From the NCBI RefSeq assembly GCF_001949145.1, contig NW_019091362.1, forward strand, positions 2,363,838 to 2,427,837: a stretch of DNA of 64,000 nt, given 5' to 3'. The DNA is from Acanthaster planci. Taxonomy: Eukaryota. Below the pieces are notes generated by a model that searched no databases, was not told the DNA's origin, and saw nothing but the letters and a program-made list of their open reading frames with translations. The position numbers were made by a program, and so were the translations under genes. Shown one piece after another: positions 13,001 to 28,000 of the stretch (positions are counted from its first letter, which is position 1; each line of letters begins with the position of its first letter).

Positions 13001-16000
13001 CGTACCTACAAAAACTCACACAATCAATGCAAACTACCAACCAGAACAAAGGTGCCCTTACCTGCAGGACTTCCATCGCTGCGCAGATGCGCGGTGACGT
13101 GGCCTGCTCATAGAAGGTAAGCGCCGCTCCGTAGGTGCGTGACCCATCCTCCCGGGTCATGAGGAAGGAATGAAACTTCGGCTCACGGTCCTGCTTCTGG
13201 GTGCGCACCGTCAGGCCCTTGGGCATGCACAGCTGACGAGGGAGAGAGAAATAATGAATATATCTGTATCATTAACCACTTCCAGACGGTTTTAATTTGA
13301 CCATCGAATAGGCCAGATACAGAGACAACTTCTAATATGCAACCAAACATAACAAACACTGACTTGCGGGAGTCACCCGAGTGAAATTCGTACAACAATT
13401 CTGAACCCAAACCTCATATTTTTAAATACTCTAGAGTGCAGTCTGACAGCAATATTCGCTACCACAGGACTGTGGTCAACTTCACAGTGGTAGACTTGAA
13501 GATCAAGACCTACATTGTACATGTAGTCTAGCTCACAAACTTGTTGGATTTTGCATGTATGAACTAAAACCAATGCGGGCATTAGCGTGTATGAGCATCT
13601 GAGGGCAGTAACCGCGGTTTAACCCGTCCTTGCCCCTACCGGTACATGTATGTACCTGTATGCAGACTGACTGTTTATGTTCTGGAGTGAATTGCTGAAG
13701 CCTCCATTAAAGTCATTAAACAATTACACAACAATGAATTGAGGGGGGAAGTTCATCTTAACACAGCCTCAATCTCTCACTCCAAACAGAATCTCAGGAC
13801 AGTCGGTGTGTTGTCGGTGATGTTGTGTTGGACCTCTGGCACAGAGGTCAGCTTATTCAAATATTTTCACATCCACAAAACTGGCTCTTCACTCTTAGAA
13901 TACATGCACTTGGTGGCTGCGCCTTTTCAAGTTCAAACTTCAGGGAAGGTACATGTACATGTAGGATCTGCAATATGCACAGCAATCGACACAATCCGAA
14001 TCTTGTTGAGGACTACATGTACTGTACCCGGTGCCTCATCCACTTTACTCCACCTACATGTATCTTGAGGGGATAGCCATCCACCTGCAGGAGAAGTTTC
14101 CTCGCAGTGAAGCATGTGCTGCTGACATACATGTACAATGTAATCATCGAGTTCTGAAGAAAGTACATGCGCTTGTTCTAAGATACACCCTACAATAACA
14201 CTGTAGACGTGCCATATGTATCCACTTGTAGGGCATGTACATGTACATACATGTAGAAAGCCAATCTTTATTACTCACAGGAATGCTTCTTATGAACTCA
14301 ACCCTGGCACACAAACTATTTTTTTTCTAAAGTCATTCGGGCCAAATTTCCATCTGCTTGACATTTACGGGATTAACTGTCACACATGTGCAAGACAAGG
14401 ATCGTTAACTTCCCGGTATTAAAAAAAAAAAAGCATAAAACAGAGCATACATGTAGACCGGAGATCCAAGTGACTTCATCATCCACCAATGTTCTAATTG
14501 CAATACCAGCTGTAAGACATCGCCTGGTCTCGGTTTGCCCTCTGCCTCCGGAGAGCTCCCACTCAACACAGCCTTGGATCTGGAAAGTCTCATCTATCCC
14601 TTTTACCCAAATCCTGGTTAATCGAGCATCCTGCTGGTTTGCCAACAGCGGATTAGGAGAGAGCCCTTTCATGAGACACTCTTGGGGTTTTTGTGCCTGG
14701 CAACAGACGAGTCTGCCCAATCAGTTGAACTGTGGCCTTTTCAATGCGCACCACCCTGGCAATTTAATTTTGAACTCCAACACATGAAATATTCATTAGA
14801 GCCTACATTTTTGGAGTGTCTAGACATTTCAGGCAGCTCATGGCATTTCACTGGGAGGCTTGAAAAGCTGCAGGACTGCAGCAAATCAAAATATGATACA
14901 CACACATTTTCTTAAACTCTACTTGAGAGCTTAGTCACTTTGACAAATGTGACCCATCAATCCAAAACAAGGTTGAAGTACATCGTAGGTGTACGTAATA
15001 TTTAGGTTCAATGATTTCTCTTCCCCTCCTGCTGTTCCTTTTCATACTTCAAAGTAATCCATCATGCAAATTTCATCTGTGGAAAGCATTGGTAGTCTCT
15101 GGCAGTGAAAGTTGTGTCAACTTCTATGTATAGAAGGCTTACACTATAAGCATATATCACTTATGTTTAACTTTTAGATCTCTACTTCTTTGATTTTCTC
15201 ACATTTTCTTAGCTTTCTTACTCTTTTTGGTCTAAGTACCTGTATATTAGTGACACATTAATATTTCCATCCATTCGCCTCAGAACATGCCTTCCATTGT
15301 CTTCTCTTCCTTGGTTGATTGTTTATTTGGACTTGCCATGGGATTTGAACACTTAATAAGCCCCACAGACCTGTGCACAATTCTTAGTTTCGGGACATGT
15401 TAATTCCTGTTCTCACTTCCAGTACTATCTAGTCTTTGCACAAGAAATTATGTTGTTGTTTATTTACTTCTTTTGTTTTTGTACAGATTGATGTCTGGTG
15501 TATACTCATACACACCGTGATGGTTACTATGGGGTTTTAAGGTTCTTCATTTCTAAATTTCAGGTTTTGGTCAAATTTTAATGGATTTTCTTCTTTCTTT
15601 TTTTTTTTAAGTCCGGTGGAAGTTGTTGATTTTTCATCTGGTTGTCTCTGTAAATAAATTCTTTTGCCTTTTTGTTTGTTTTTTAAACCTAAAGTTTGTG
15701 TCTGAGTCCTTCTTACTTTGGTTTCCGTTGACCTTTCCCTCAAAGATCCTTGGTTTAGTTAGAGCTTTTTGCTGTTCTGCGAGTTCCCCCATAGCGTGCC
15801 ATTTTTCCAGGTTACAAATACATGCGCAATACAGTACCTCACGCATGCTCACCCCAAGTACATGTACAGAACATGCACAACTACAAAAAGGAACCTACAG
15901 TAGGTACTGTACGTGTACGTCTAAACAGCCTGATACTTTGTGGAGAAAAAAAATGCCCAGATCACGAAATGTTGCCACATCAGCTATGACTGAATGCACA

Positions 16001-19000
16001 TGTAGATGTTATCACTAACACACCGACATAAAAACATGTTTCTTCACTCAAGCAGGCAACATTTAATGACTCCAAAGCAACCATGACCCTCAAAGAAATA
16101 TAACAGGTGCGGATAGGTCTGGGACTGATGATTTCTTGGGGGCGGGGGGGAGGTGAATGAATGGCTCTGCCTTCCCAACTTGGTCTTGGAAGCTAACTCT
16201 TTTGTACACAATGTCTCAAGTTGATGCAAATTCTGTCCAAAAACATTAACCTGTGAGTTTGTTCAGATATTGTGCATGTATGCCATTCAAACGTTTAGAA
16301 AAGAATTACCGGTATAATCTCATTTTATCACATTTGATAATAACCGTGATGTCCCCCCCCCCCATGTTCTTAATTAACCGAAACTGACATTATGGGAACA
16401 AGTGTTGCTTTATAAATGTGGAGTGCCTCAATGTACATGTATGTACATGTACATGTACAGTGAGCCACAGGCGAAGATCCTTGCTCTGCGAGTGGACAAA
16501 CGCCGAGTAAATCATCACATCATACAAGCTCTGGGCCTACCGGGAAGCTCAGCCATGCTGGATTACTGCCAGGCCTACCGGTACCACACACATACTTGAG
16601 TGGAATCCCTGCGATTACCAACACACCTCTCACAGGTTGGTATTTATTTTGGAAAAGGAGAGCTTTCATCTTGCTCCAGTTGAAGCAGCAAGCCTTCCCA
16701 AAGGCAAGAGTCCTGCCAAACCACAGCAGGAATCAAGCCCGCATTCCCCATGCTCTGACCACAAGAATGCCCAATCTTTCTCCTTGCTCAGTGGGGGCCA
16801 CGTTGCCCTCTCAATAATGTGGGATTTGTGAGCCAAATTCTGGACTGCACTACTATAATATCAACCACAAAAAAGAGTGAATAAGCCGTTTCCTGTGAAG
16901 GTACCGTGGGTATCCACATGATAATGAAGTCATCCCTGAAGGTTCCAGTTCAGGGCGCAATGGTACCGGAATTAGATCATGGTAGAATAAGACAAGAAAT
17001 ATTTCCGAACAACTTCTAAATTTTTAACATTTGTTTCACAACTTTAAGTTTAACCTGTCTGAAAATCAGAACCTCAATGCATGCATGAATTGAATAAACT
17101 GGTCCCAGCCTACTCCACCCCACCTCAATCCAAAAAAGTTACATGCAGTTCTTATAAATCCTCCCTCTCCAACACTCTGAACCAATGAATAGATTCTGTG
17201 AAGGGATTTTTACAGTCCAAATCTTAGCGGGGGTATTGTCAAAAAGAAAATTGAGTCAGAAATTACACCCATTCTCAGTGCCTGCTCAGTACTGCAGTTT
17301 CCCTCCCACATGCCATCCAAGACCCAAGACAACTCTTACCATGTTAATTCCATCGCTATCAAAGGGGTTCCCCTCTACGGCTGCCGGGTAGTGGGAGAGG
17401 ACGGCCGACTTGTAGCCCCTGAGTAGTGGGTGAACATGGTGTGTGTTCTCACCTACAAATCAGAGCGAAAAAAACAAGCCGCATGTAGCAAAAACCAGTG
17501 CATAAAAATGTGGAAGGAGTAGTAATAAATGGACCAATCTGTGATGGACCAATCAGTGATGGACCAATCAGTGATGGACCAATCAGTGATGGACCAATCA
17601 GTGATGGACCAATCAGTGAGCAGTCACATACAAATTGCTGTTCATCTTATTTCCGTGTACATGGATGCGCGTGTACATGTACTGTACATGTGTGAAGGAA
17701 CATGTCATGGCTTACTTTACAGTAATGTACATGTACATACATGTACGTAAAAGGAAAAACAAAATACACTTCATATGCATTATTACCATAATCACAAACA
17801 GTTTGAGTATTCACTGGCAGTCGCATTCTGAAATAAATTTCACTAAGTTTAGAAGGACCTTCGTGGTTTCCTGTGGCTGAAAGATTGGCTTGTTCTCCAC
17901 CCGCTCTTGACCTACATGTGCCAATGTCAATCATCAGTAATTTCACTGGGTCTTTTAACTTGAAAAATTGACTGCAACAAGCCATCACTTGTAGACACGT
18001 TTATTGTGCATTCACACTGCATCCACTGCCATGTGGATGTCTTGCCGGACAAAGCTGAAAGCCAATCACCCACCCTCCCCAAAATAGCGCATGCCACAAT
18101 TGACCCTCACTTCAAATTTACCACCATGGCTTGCAAGAACAGCCCAAAAAAAATAAAATAGTCGGTGCTAAGAATGAACAAGCAAGTTGACAAGATATTC
18201 AACAAAGCACACCCATGCATCTTTAACTACAGTGTACACGTATTATTAAAGCGTTGGTTCAATATTGCTAAACATGTGTTTGATCTAATGTGTGGACCTT
18301 CTTTGTGCATTTCAAGCACATTCCAAATTCACAGTGTGATCCATGACAAATGCAACCAGGTCCATACCTAAACCGAGACTGGGTTCAAGATGGGTTGAAA
18401 TGATATGCAGATGAGCAAGGCCTCTGAAAAAGAGACTCACTGATTCACGGAGGGGACACTGGTACTTCAAAACCCAGTTCGCACTCTCTCTCTTTCTGTG
18501 TCTCCAAGGATACAAGTTTACATTAGTTTCTTCCATTACCCTGTACTATGCTAGTACGTCATTCGGGGCCAGCCAGCCCATTTTTTGCCTCCTGACATCC
18601 CTGGGTTGCTCCTGAAAGGTTGTGTTTACCTTTGCGTATTATTAGCAGCAAAATTCTTTTGGCTCTCAAATTAGCAACTTGTGAATGATGTATGGGGAAT
18701 GATGGAGTACTGGACACGGCCGGGCCGGCCGTCTGATGACAGCTAACCTAATTTGATTTGCTTAAAACAACAAAAAAGGTTTTAAAAAATTCTAGCCGTG
18801 GACTGAACTCTCTTTGGTTCTATGCATTGTTTCATTATTCCTTCCTCTTGGTGTTATCTTGTTAGTGCATTCCTTTCATTCACGCTCAATTTAGCAGTGT
18901 GAAAAGTTTAAATCAACAATTTGAAATGGGAAAGGAAAATAGACTCGTATAATAGTTTTGGCAGCTCGTTAAAATATCTCTGTTTCTGGCACAAGACATT

Positions 19001-22000
19001 TCTTATCCAAACAAGTGAACTTTATGAAAAATTTTCCAATGGCAAATCACACATACAGGTGTACATGTAAGGCAAACCGTACAGTCATAAAGGTTCAGGC
19101 ACCCTATACATGTATGAAGTACAGGCCACAGTTGAGGTTTATTATCATAGAGCAAAACACATCAAATATCCTGTTGAAGCCACCGTTGCAAGCAATGTAT
19201 TTTGTAAGTACTCGTAATGACCTGCTGAAAAAGTACAACAGTGCCCATGTATAATTCAGTGTGTATGCACATGTAAAGTATTGCACACACACACACACAA
19301 GTGTGTATTTGCCTGCAACTGGGCACACCCTATTGTTCCTCTTTTGTTTGTACTTTTTTACAAGACCACCCGTATGTTTTGTACACAGTTGTCAATCGGG
19401 GACCCTCTGTCAATCGGGAACCTTATTGTCCTCTATTGTTCAAGGTCCCCAATTGAATGCAGAAACAAACTCACACACACTCAAGTGTGTACATGTATTT
19501 GCCTGCAACTGGGGACCCCCTATTGTTCCTCTTTTGTTTGTACTTTAACTTTTTTACAAGACCACCCATATGTTTTGTACACAGTTGTCAACCGGGGACC
19601 TTCTGTCAATCGGGGACCTTATTGTCCTCTATTGTTCAGGGTCCCCAATTGAATGCAGAAACAAACTCACACACACAAAACAACACAAATGCATTAACCC
19701 TAAAAATACCGGGCGTTGTTTGACTTAGAGTACTCAGTACTACAAAATACTATGAAACACTCTGAGCCTGAAGGACCTAGGGCTACAGATTACTACTTTT
19801 GGCTAGGTTTAGTCCATTGTTACTCATACAGAGAACAATGACACCATGCATTCATAGTGCCACAGCATTGTATGGTACATTGTCTTCTCTATTGTATTTT
19901 ATGGCTTCAGAGAATGTCATGTCCTCTTACAAGCGACAGGCCCTTTGTAACATTGTAGCATTCGGGACTGTTAAGGTTAAAAAAACCTTGTGTGAAATCC
20001 GCGGCAGGGAATTGGGACCAACAATTCAGCTTTGCTGCCCTCAACCTGCTCCCCCATCCTGCAAACTCTGAACATCCTGGTTCTTTTGTAACACATCAGA
20101 GAGATTTCCTGGAAAACTTTCCCATGGATACCTAAACCTGGTGCACGACAGGAAATGCACATGTATTCCCAACTAGAGAACAGATCTGTGATCAAGCTTG
20201 TCACTTCCGTGTCGGTTAAGTGAAGACTCAGGAAAGAAATCTACACCAAGGAAACTATTCACCAAATGTTAAAGGTCTTTTGCCATTTAACATTTCAGAA
20301 ATGTAGTAAAATGATGTAAAATTCTCAGTTTTGAATAAATTGTGCGTGTGTGTAAGCAGGGACCTGTTTTTCCAATGTAGCAGACGTTACACGTACATGT
20401 ACAAGTACATGCGGACATCTCCCGGAGCTCCACACAAAAACTGATACACGCTGACAGGCTACCAAGCTTTTACCAGAAACAAAAAATCTTTATAGCGTCC
20501 TCGCAATTCATTGATTGAGCCCTATGAAGTGTTAATAATTTGTTATGCAGACTCCCACTGATCCAAGGGATCTAATGCATGCATCTGTTTCAAGGGCTCA
20601 CTGTTAATAACAACACTGTCCGGGTTTCTGGGGACCTGGGGAAAAAAATTGCCCACCTCTCCTGGGGCTCCATCTGGATGCAGGAGCATCCCGCATATGG
20701 TGTTCAGCATGTCTCTACAGCCAGACTAATAGTTGAAATACTCAGCTCCTTTCTGTTGCCAACTGCTTCCGCCATACATTGATGCACAATCTGTACTTTA
20801 TATGATGCACATGTTGACTGTAACTCTGCTGCACAATGTCCCCCCCCCAACACTTTCTCTCGTTCCACTTTGCAAGTGCTGTGTGAAATTTCTTGAAGTG
20901 GTGAACAGGAATGGGGAGATTTGTATCTGTTCTTTACTTTGTTATATGGTGTAACTGAAGCCCACTGTAGATGCACTCCAAGGGGACTGCCTCTGAAGTG
21001 AGGCAATTACTTAAAGGTGTAGCTGGTGGCCTACACTGTTAACTTGATTCCAGGTGGAAGACTGTTTCCATGTGTCTGCAGATTTGCTTCTCTCATTTCA
21101 CAGGACAAAAGAGTGCTTATCTACTCGACCCACTGAAGTTGACCAGGCTGCTGATGTTGCTTTTCCCACACTTTACACAGGGGACAAGGAAATACACAGC
21201 TACATGTACATTTAGATGTACAAGTTCACGCAGGTCTCACACTGTCAAGAGGATCTCACCAAAAAGCATGTATACAATACATGTATGTATGTACATGTGT
21301 GTACATGTACATGTACCTGCAGTTAATTGATTGGGCCAAAGACGATAATGGAATTTGTGAGTCAGACTGGGTTTTTTACGACGCACAGTAAAAACACACT
21401 AGGCTATGCCACACGGGTCTACATTTACAGGTACACTGTAGGTGTATACATGTCTTCTACAAATAAACATGTACACATACCAGTATGATGTAGAATCATG
21501 TAGTATATTATCTGGGAGTTAGCAAACAAATTCCAGGCCAGATGGATAATCGCAGGCCAGGCCAAGGTCACCATTTGGAGTTCCTTCTTGATAAGGAATA
21601 GTACATGTACCAGAACACTGAGCTTTATCGGTATGTGTACAGGAACAGGTAAGAATACACTGTTTTGGGAAGCACAGTTTTCAATTACCGATAAGTGTAA
21701 TATGCACTACAACACAAGTTCTACTTATATTGCAATGATCTCTTTGCACAAGCATTCATTTCAAATTTGGGGCTCAAAATTCTTGCAGGTACCGGCACCA
21801 TCACTGAGCAGCGCACTCCTACCGTACATGTACTGTACATACATGTACTTTAGTACATGTACTAGTGTGCCTCGTCCACAAAAACGTCCAGTTGAAACTT
21901 TAACCATGGTCGAACGGAAGCAATTGGAAAATATTCCTGAAGCAGGCACTTATCATGCCGATGACGCGATTCGGAGGTAATATTCTCTGGATACATGTGC

Positions 22001-25000
22001 AATCAGAATTAATATCAAGACCACATGCAGTATTCAACCAATTCAAGCGACCGACAACAGCACACAATGCATCGTCACTGTCAAGAAACAAGGATCAGTT
22101 GCTACAATTCAGCCGGTCATCACAATACCTACTAGGAGGAGGGGCTACTGATAGTTTGAGTCAGAGTGTACAATGATTTGGCACTCGGATTGGTCCATGG
22201 AAGCTGATGTCAGCTAGTAATTTACATTATTAGTGTGATCACCTGACCTCCAACCAGTACATGCCACCAAGTGGCTTCATACATGTACATGTACATGTAC
22301 ATGTGTGTGTACCGGTGTACATGGTGTAATCTATTTAATTTCCAGGGTAGTCAAGACAGATCTATTTTAACTATATCCTTATGTTTACCTAGAATGGGCC
22401 GAAACCTTGCCAGCAAATAATTGGCATGAATATCTGTTAAGGGTTTGATTTGAGTCACCGAAATGTTTGAAACAAATGACCAATAAGAAAACAATTTTTC
22501 TCAACAATAACCCTGAGAACCTGAGAAAGACGCAGAAAGGTAGATGTAGTTTGCATCTTTCACTGGAGTTGTTTGTAGAAATTATGGCTGCTCCAAGTTT
22601 GACTGCATTTTAACATCTCAAATTTGTTCCACGGCATCTCATTTTCAGCAAATAAGCACAGTTCCTGTTTTATTTTGTCGTCAAAAGGAGCACAGTGGAG
22701 TTGTATAAATGGAAGCAATGCTGGTCTGTGCGTTACTTGCCAGTGTATTTGTACTAACTAGGAAATGTTGAACTTTGGTCAAGCACAGCTCGCTGTACAC
22801 GATAGTTGGGAATGAGCGGTGATTCATCATCCTATCACTCCCGTTCAAATTTGATTTGTGGCATCGAGAGTCCACGCGTTCCCCCTTCACACTGCCCACA
22901 CGTGCACCTTGTTCACATTTGCACTATTACTCACGGCCCAATGATGTAAAAATGGGAAAACGGAAAAATTAATGACTGCAAAACCAAATCCTCCTTAGCC
23001 GAGCTGAGTAGTGCTTCAACTTCGCCCCTTCCTGTCAAAGTCCGTTCTACAAGGAGCCCGGTAACCCCCAGCTAGCTAGCCAGCCACCTAGTACTGCCTT
23101 CATCATCTCTACCAGAAGCTCAGCTCTGCAAGTACATTTAATGTCCATGGCATCTCTGCTTCCTCAATCCTCCAAAATCTTCCAATTTGTAAGAAACTAA
23201 TGGGATCTGGCACATCGCACTTTCAGGGAGCATCAAGCTCATTGCCAAGTAATGCCAGCAGGGCTCCTTCAACCCAATCTCCTGATGGATTTGGAGGGAT
23301 CCCACATACATGTAGATGGTTAGGGTTACAGCTAACACAAATATGTTAGCTACAGTACTCTCAACAGTGTTGTAGTCGAGTGCTTTTCAAATGCCAAGTT
23401 CTCTTCCAAATTTTGAATTAGTTAGGAGGAAACAAAGCTGAAGTACATGGGTATTTGATGGTACGTGTACAAAGGTACCGGTACAGTAAGATTACAAAGT
23501 AACACGACTTCAGACCATCACTGTTGAAATGAAGTGTAGCTGCAATGAATTTTTCTCCAGAACAGTTTTTCTGCATCTTTGTACTTTTCTTCAGTGTATG
23601 AAAACTTTTACACACTCCTATTCGGTTAAATGCACTAAAAAGTGCACACTTTTAAACAATCAATATTATTTATGTTTTCACAGACAACTGAGGGCGCTCT
23701 TGCTATGATGTCATGTGAGGAAGACATGGTTCAGTGCATCTTTCTGTTCAAATTGTGAACCCAGAATTTACTAACTGAAAAACATTTCTGAGAGAGGGAC
23801 TGATGATTTCCTATTGCTACATGTATGCACATAAATAACAATGAACCAGCAAAGAAGCAAAAACTTAGTCCAGGAAAATCTGCAAAAACGCAAAACTTAT
23901 TTGTGTACAAATCTATGTAACATTGAGGCCTCTTCCTGAGATGACATCACAGTTTTGCTCATGAATATGGAAATCTCATTAGCATAAAAAATGAGAAGGC
24001 ATTAAAATACCCTTTGGAATAGTGAAACCAAAGTTTAAAATAAGGTTTACCCAGGCACAAAGGTGTATTTTACAGGTTTGTAAGCAGGAACATTGATTGC
24101 AGGACAAAAGTATTCAAAAAGTACTCAGTTGAGGACTCTGGCACAACACTACCCGTACAATTATCTGATGTGGACAAATCACTGGAAAAATCAAGTGGCA
24201 TGATCAACGGCATGCGTACATCAACTGTAATTGCCACAATAATTACATGTACATGTTCAATTTCGAACATGACTGAAAAAAATGAGATTCCAAAGTATGC
24301 GACTGGGAGGTGAGATTTCATGGAGCATTTATTCTTTCGCTTTCTTTTTGTTTTGGGGTTTTTTTTTGGCCTTCCTTGACAGTTGCTATCAATCACATTC
24401 TGACAGGGTATAAATAATGGGTGCCACGCTATGATAGTTATTCAATGAGTCACTTGAGTCTAGAGGGAACGCCATCAATTTGTTACCATTTTTTTTACAC
24501 CCTCCCGAACAGAGCCTTCCTTCATGGGGATGCGTGACCAGGGACCTTGATAGCATTTCCTGAACAGATTTTTCTATCAAGATTTGATGATTTTTTTTTC
24601 TCCCTACTTCCTTGTAACATGACCTTCCCGGCAAGCACAAAAATACCGCAAGGCTTTGCAGCAGAGGTCAAAGTTGGCATGAAAGTTTCCTGCCAACAAA
24701 CTGATGAAATGGAGTAACTGAGAAGCAATATTTAGATAAAAGAAATGTTAATTAAGGTATTCAGCTCAAAGTTTTTGCAGGACTCAATCAAATTTTATGT
24801 ACAGTACATGTACAGCAGGTACAGTTCAGTCCAAGGCAGATTTCACTTTCACTTCTTAAGTGCATCTACCGGTGTGCAGAACTCTGACATGCACATGTAC
24901 GTGTACAATGTAATGATGTACGTGTACAATGTACAGACAATATCCTGTGAGGCTGATTAAAAATAACTTCTCCCTTTTCTTCTGATGAAAGAGACTCATT

Positions 25001-28000
25001 TTGAGAGATGCGAAAGTGAAAGGGGTACCATCAGGGTATTATGGCAGAAATGCTGCCGATGATTGGGGACTGTGTACATAATAGGATGGACTTTTTACTC
25101 AAATGCCCTATTCTGAATTTGTGGCAGTCCATCACTTGGGGAAATTAATCACTTGGGGACTTCTCAAATTGGACCCTTTTACTTAAGGAAGCCTTTTACT
25201 TAAGGAAGCTGTTTACGAGAACTGTTTCAAGTGATCTGGGGGTCAATGTCATCAGCTGAGAATGAATGCAAAGATATTGCAGTGTAAAAACAACTTTCTT
25301 AAATCAAAACGTTACTGTCATCACTTTCAATATCTGGAACAACGGCAGAGTACCAGTGCCTCAACAAGTACTGGTGAGATACAAGAACATGTAAGGTATC
25401 ATTAGCATGTCATAGACTGGGCGTGTGCACAGCATGCAGGAATGCAACTAGGGTAATATCATACACCGAACACCTTGATAAAAGCACAATTCAATGAAAT
25501 GATGCCACCCACAGAGTTTTCTGGGCATATGAACCAATCTGTAACCACATGTACCAACGTGTAAGGTTTGGTCTTATGTTGAGCAACCTTCTTGGATCTC
25601 GGAACTGTTACCAAGAAACCCAATGCCGTCTTTGTACTCTGGAGTGCACATCTACATGTATGGACATGTACTTGAACTTTCCTGGGCCAAAAAGCAACAT
25701 GAATTAATTAAATAAGGCTAGGCTCTGTGGTACAATCTGGACAGGGCAAAATCCTGCACAACCTACTGATAGATTTTGAAGGATTTGAATGAGCTCACAA
25801 TCCACCTCTTTCTCCAGAAAGATGTCCTGTCAAAGGTCTATGTTGAACAGCACTAAACACACACATATATTCTGGTACTTGTACAATAAAATCAAGTGGT
25901 CTATTTGACTTACATGTACTTTACTGATCCTTTTGGATAGCAAAAAAGACTTTTAGTTCATAGTTATTGAATTCCCCTGCATTAATGAGCCTTAGCTGGG
26001 GTGCCGAGAACAAAATTTAAGGGAATATTCGTAATAATAATAATAATATTATGAAATAAAGCAATTAATGAAACAGGTGAGTTTTAAGTAGTGACTTAAA
26101 TTCGTTTTGATTTTTGACAGTTCTGATATGGTGTGGGAGAGAGTTCCACAGCGATGGTGATGCATACTTGAATGAACGATATCCATAAGTCTTAGTAAGG
26201 GCAATCCATTTTTTTCTTCTCCCTTTCAAAATCACAAATCTCGCAAAAACTTCCACTTTACAAAGGAGCATCTACGGTATAGCTAAAATAAGGAAACTGG
26301 TAAACCGTACATGTGTATTACTACTTTTACTGAGGTACATTGTGAAGCATCAGCAATTTTTCAGCACACTGAGAAGTAGGGAGAAAGACGAATTTTCACA
26401 AAGCCAAAGACACTGTCCTGCATATTTTTATTCCGTAATGCCACACACGGGAAGAAAGACAGCATCTCACTCCAGCTTCTCAGTCTGACCAGAGCTAGAT
26501 TGACTGAATCCATGAAAGAAGTCTCCAGGACTTTTTCCCTTGGTCACTGTCCATTGCAATATGCATAAGGAGCATACATGTATCCAGCTCTTCACTTTAG
26601 TCATGTAACAATGTTGACAGTTCCTAGTGACTTCATTCACTCATGCGAGATGCAGCTCTGCTGACTTATGACTCATTTTGTTCAGTTGGGTCCCATACTG
26701 AACATACTAAAACCTGTATCTTTGCATCAGGTGTGAAATATTCAGACAATCCAAGAAGGTGACTACTGTTTATAAACTTTAACAGTTACAAAACCACTCA
26801 ATGTTATGTACTTCATTTAGTTGCCCAACAATTCATACCACACATACCTACATGTACATGTGCAGATATCTACATGTACATGTGCAGATATCTACATGTA
26901 CATGTGCAGATATCTACATGTACATGTACATGTACATGTGCAGATGTCTACATGTACATGTACATGTGCAGATATCTACATGTACATGTGCAGATATCTA
27001 CATGTACATGTGCAGATATCTACATGTACATGTGCAGATATCTACATGTACATGTGCAGATATCTACATGTACATGTGCAGATATCTACATGTACATGTG
27101 CAGATATCTACATGTACATGTACATGTGCAGATATCTACATGTACATGTGCAGATATCTACATGTACATGTGCAGATATCTAAACAATCATATAATTCCT
27201 GTTGACAGGAATACATGTACAGGGGTATCCATACATGTACATACATGTACGAGTACATGTGCATGTACGTGTATTGGATTGTTTTAGCCAAAAAGGATTC
27301 AGGTTTCATCACATGAGGAATCTGGACCCATCCTCTCCCCTAAAAAGCAATTAGGTACCTCATCCACGAAGTCAAGTTCTCAAATTCTACAGAACAAAAC
27401 TTGCTGCCAAGATCAGCTATGGGAAGATGATCTGGCAACACAATACTGTACAAACATCACAAGTGAACAACGGAAATATGACGCAAATTATGCAATGTTT
27501 ATCCTATCAAGTTTGGCCTGGGGATGTCAAGCAGCTTGTCACCTCACACCAGGGGCCAATTTCATGGAGCTGCTTAAGCAAAAAATTTGCTTAAGTGCGA
27601 AAAAAACTTACTCGATAAATCAGGTAACCAGCCAAAATACCATGTGATGTGTATTGTTTTGGGATTGTATTTAGCTTGTTTTTTGGTTAGCTTGACAATC
27701 AGATAGAGCCTGAGTTTGTAACCTTTGTTTATTAAGCAAAGTTTTTTCCAGATTAAGCAAATTTTGTGCTTAAGCAGCTCTACGAAAATGGCCCCTGAAG
27801 AGCCCAGAGGAGACCTGACAGACCTTGTATGCAATTAACTCTGACCCAAATCTGGTACACTGAGTTCTTTAAATTCACGTGAACATTACAGCTTGAATTC
27901 TCCATACTAAAACCACTGTTACTATACCTCGTGATTCGGGGCAAGCTTTTGCACATATGTACTGTAGGCCTCCATTTACTGTACATCTACAGGTATCTTT

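Noticed and set aside
14373..14787. Overlapping 115-133 aa ORFs in DENND5 intron 2
   Set aside because: No recognisable domain and no convincing splice sites; exons 2 and 3 already join in frame.
26801..27287. ORFs rich in HVHV/MYMY/TCTC (also near 13900, 17600 and 32500)
   Set aside because: Translation artefacts of TACATG repeats.
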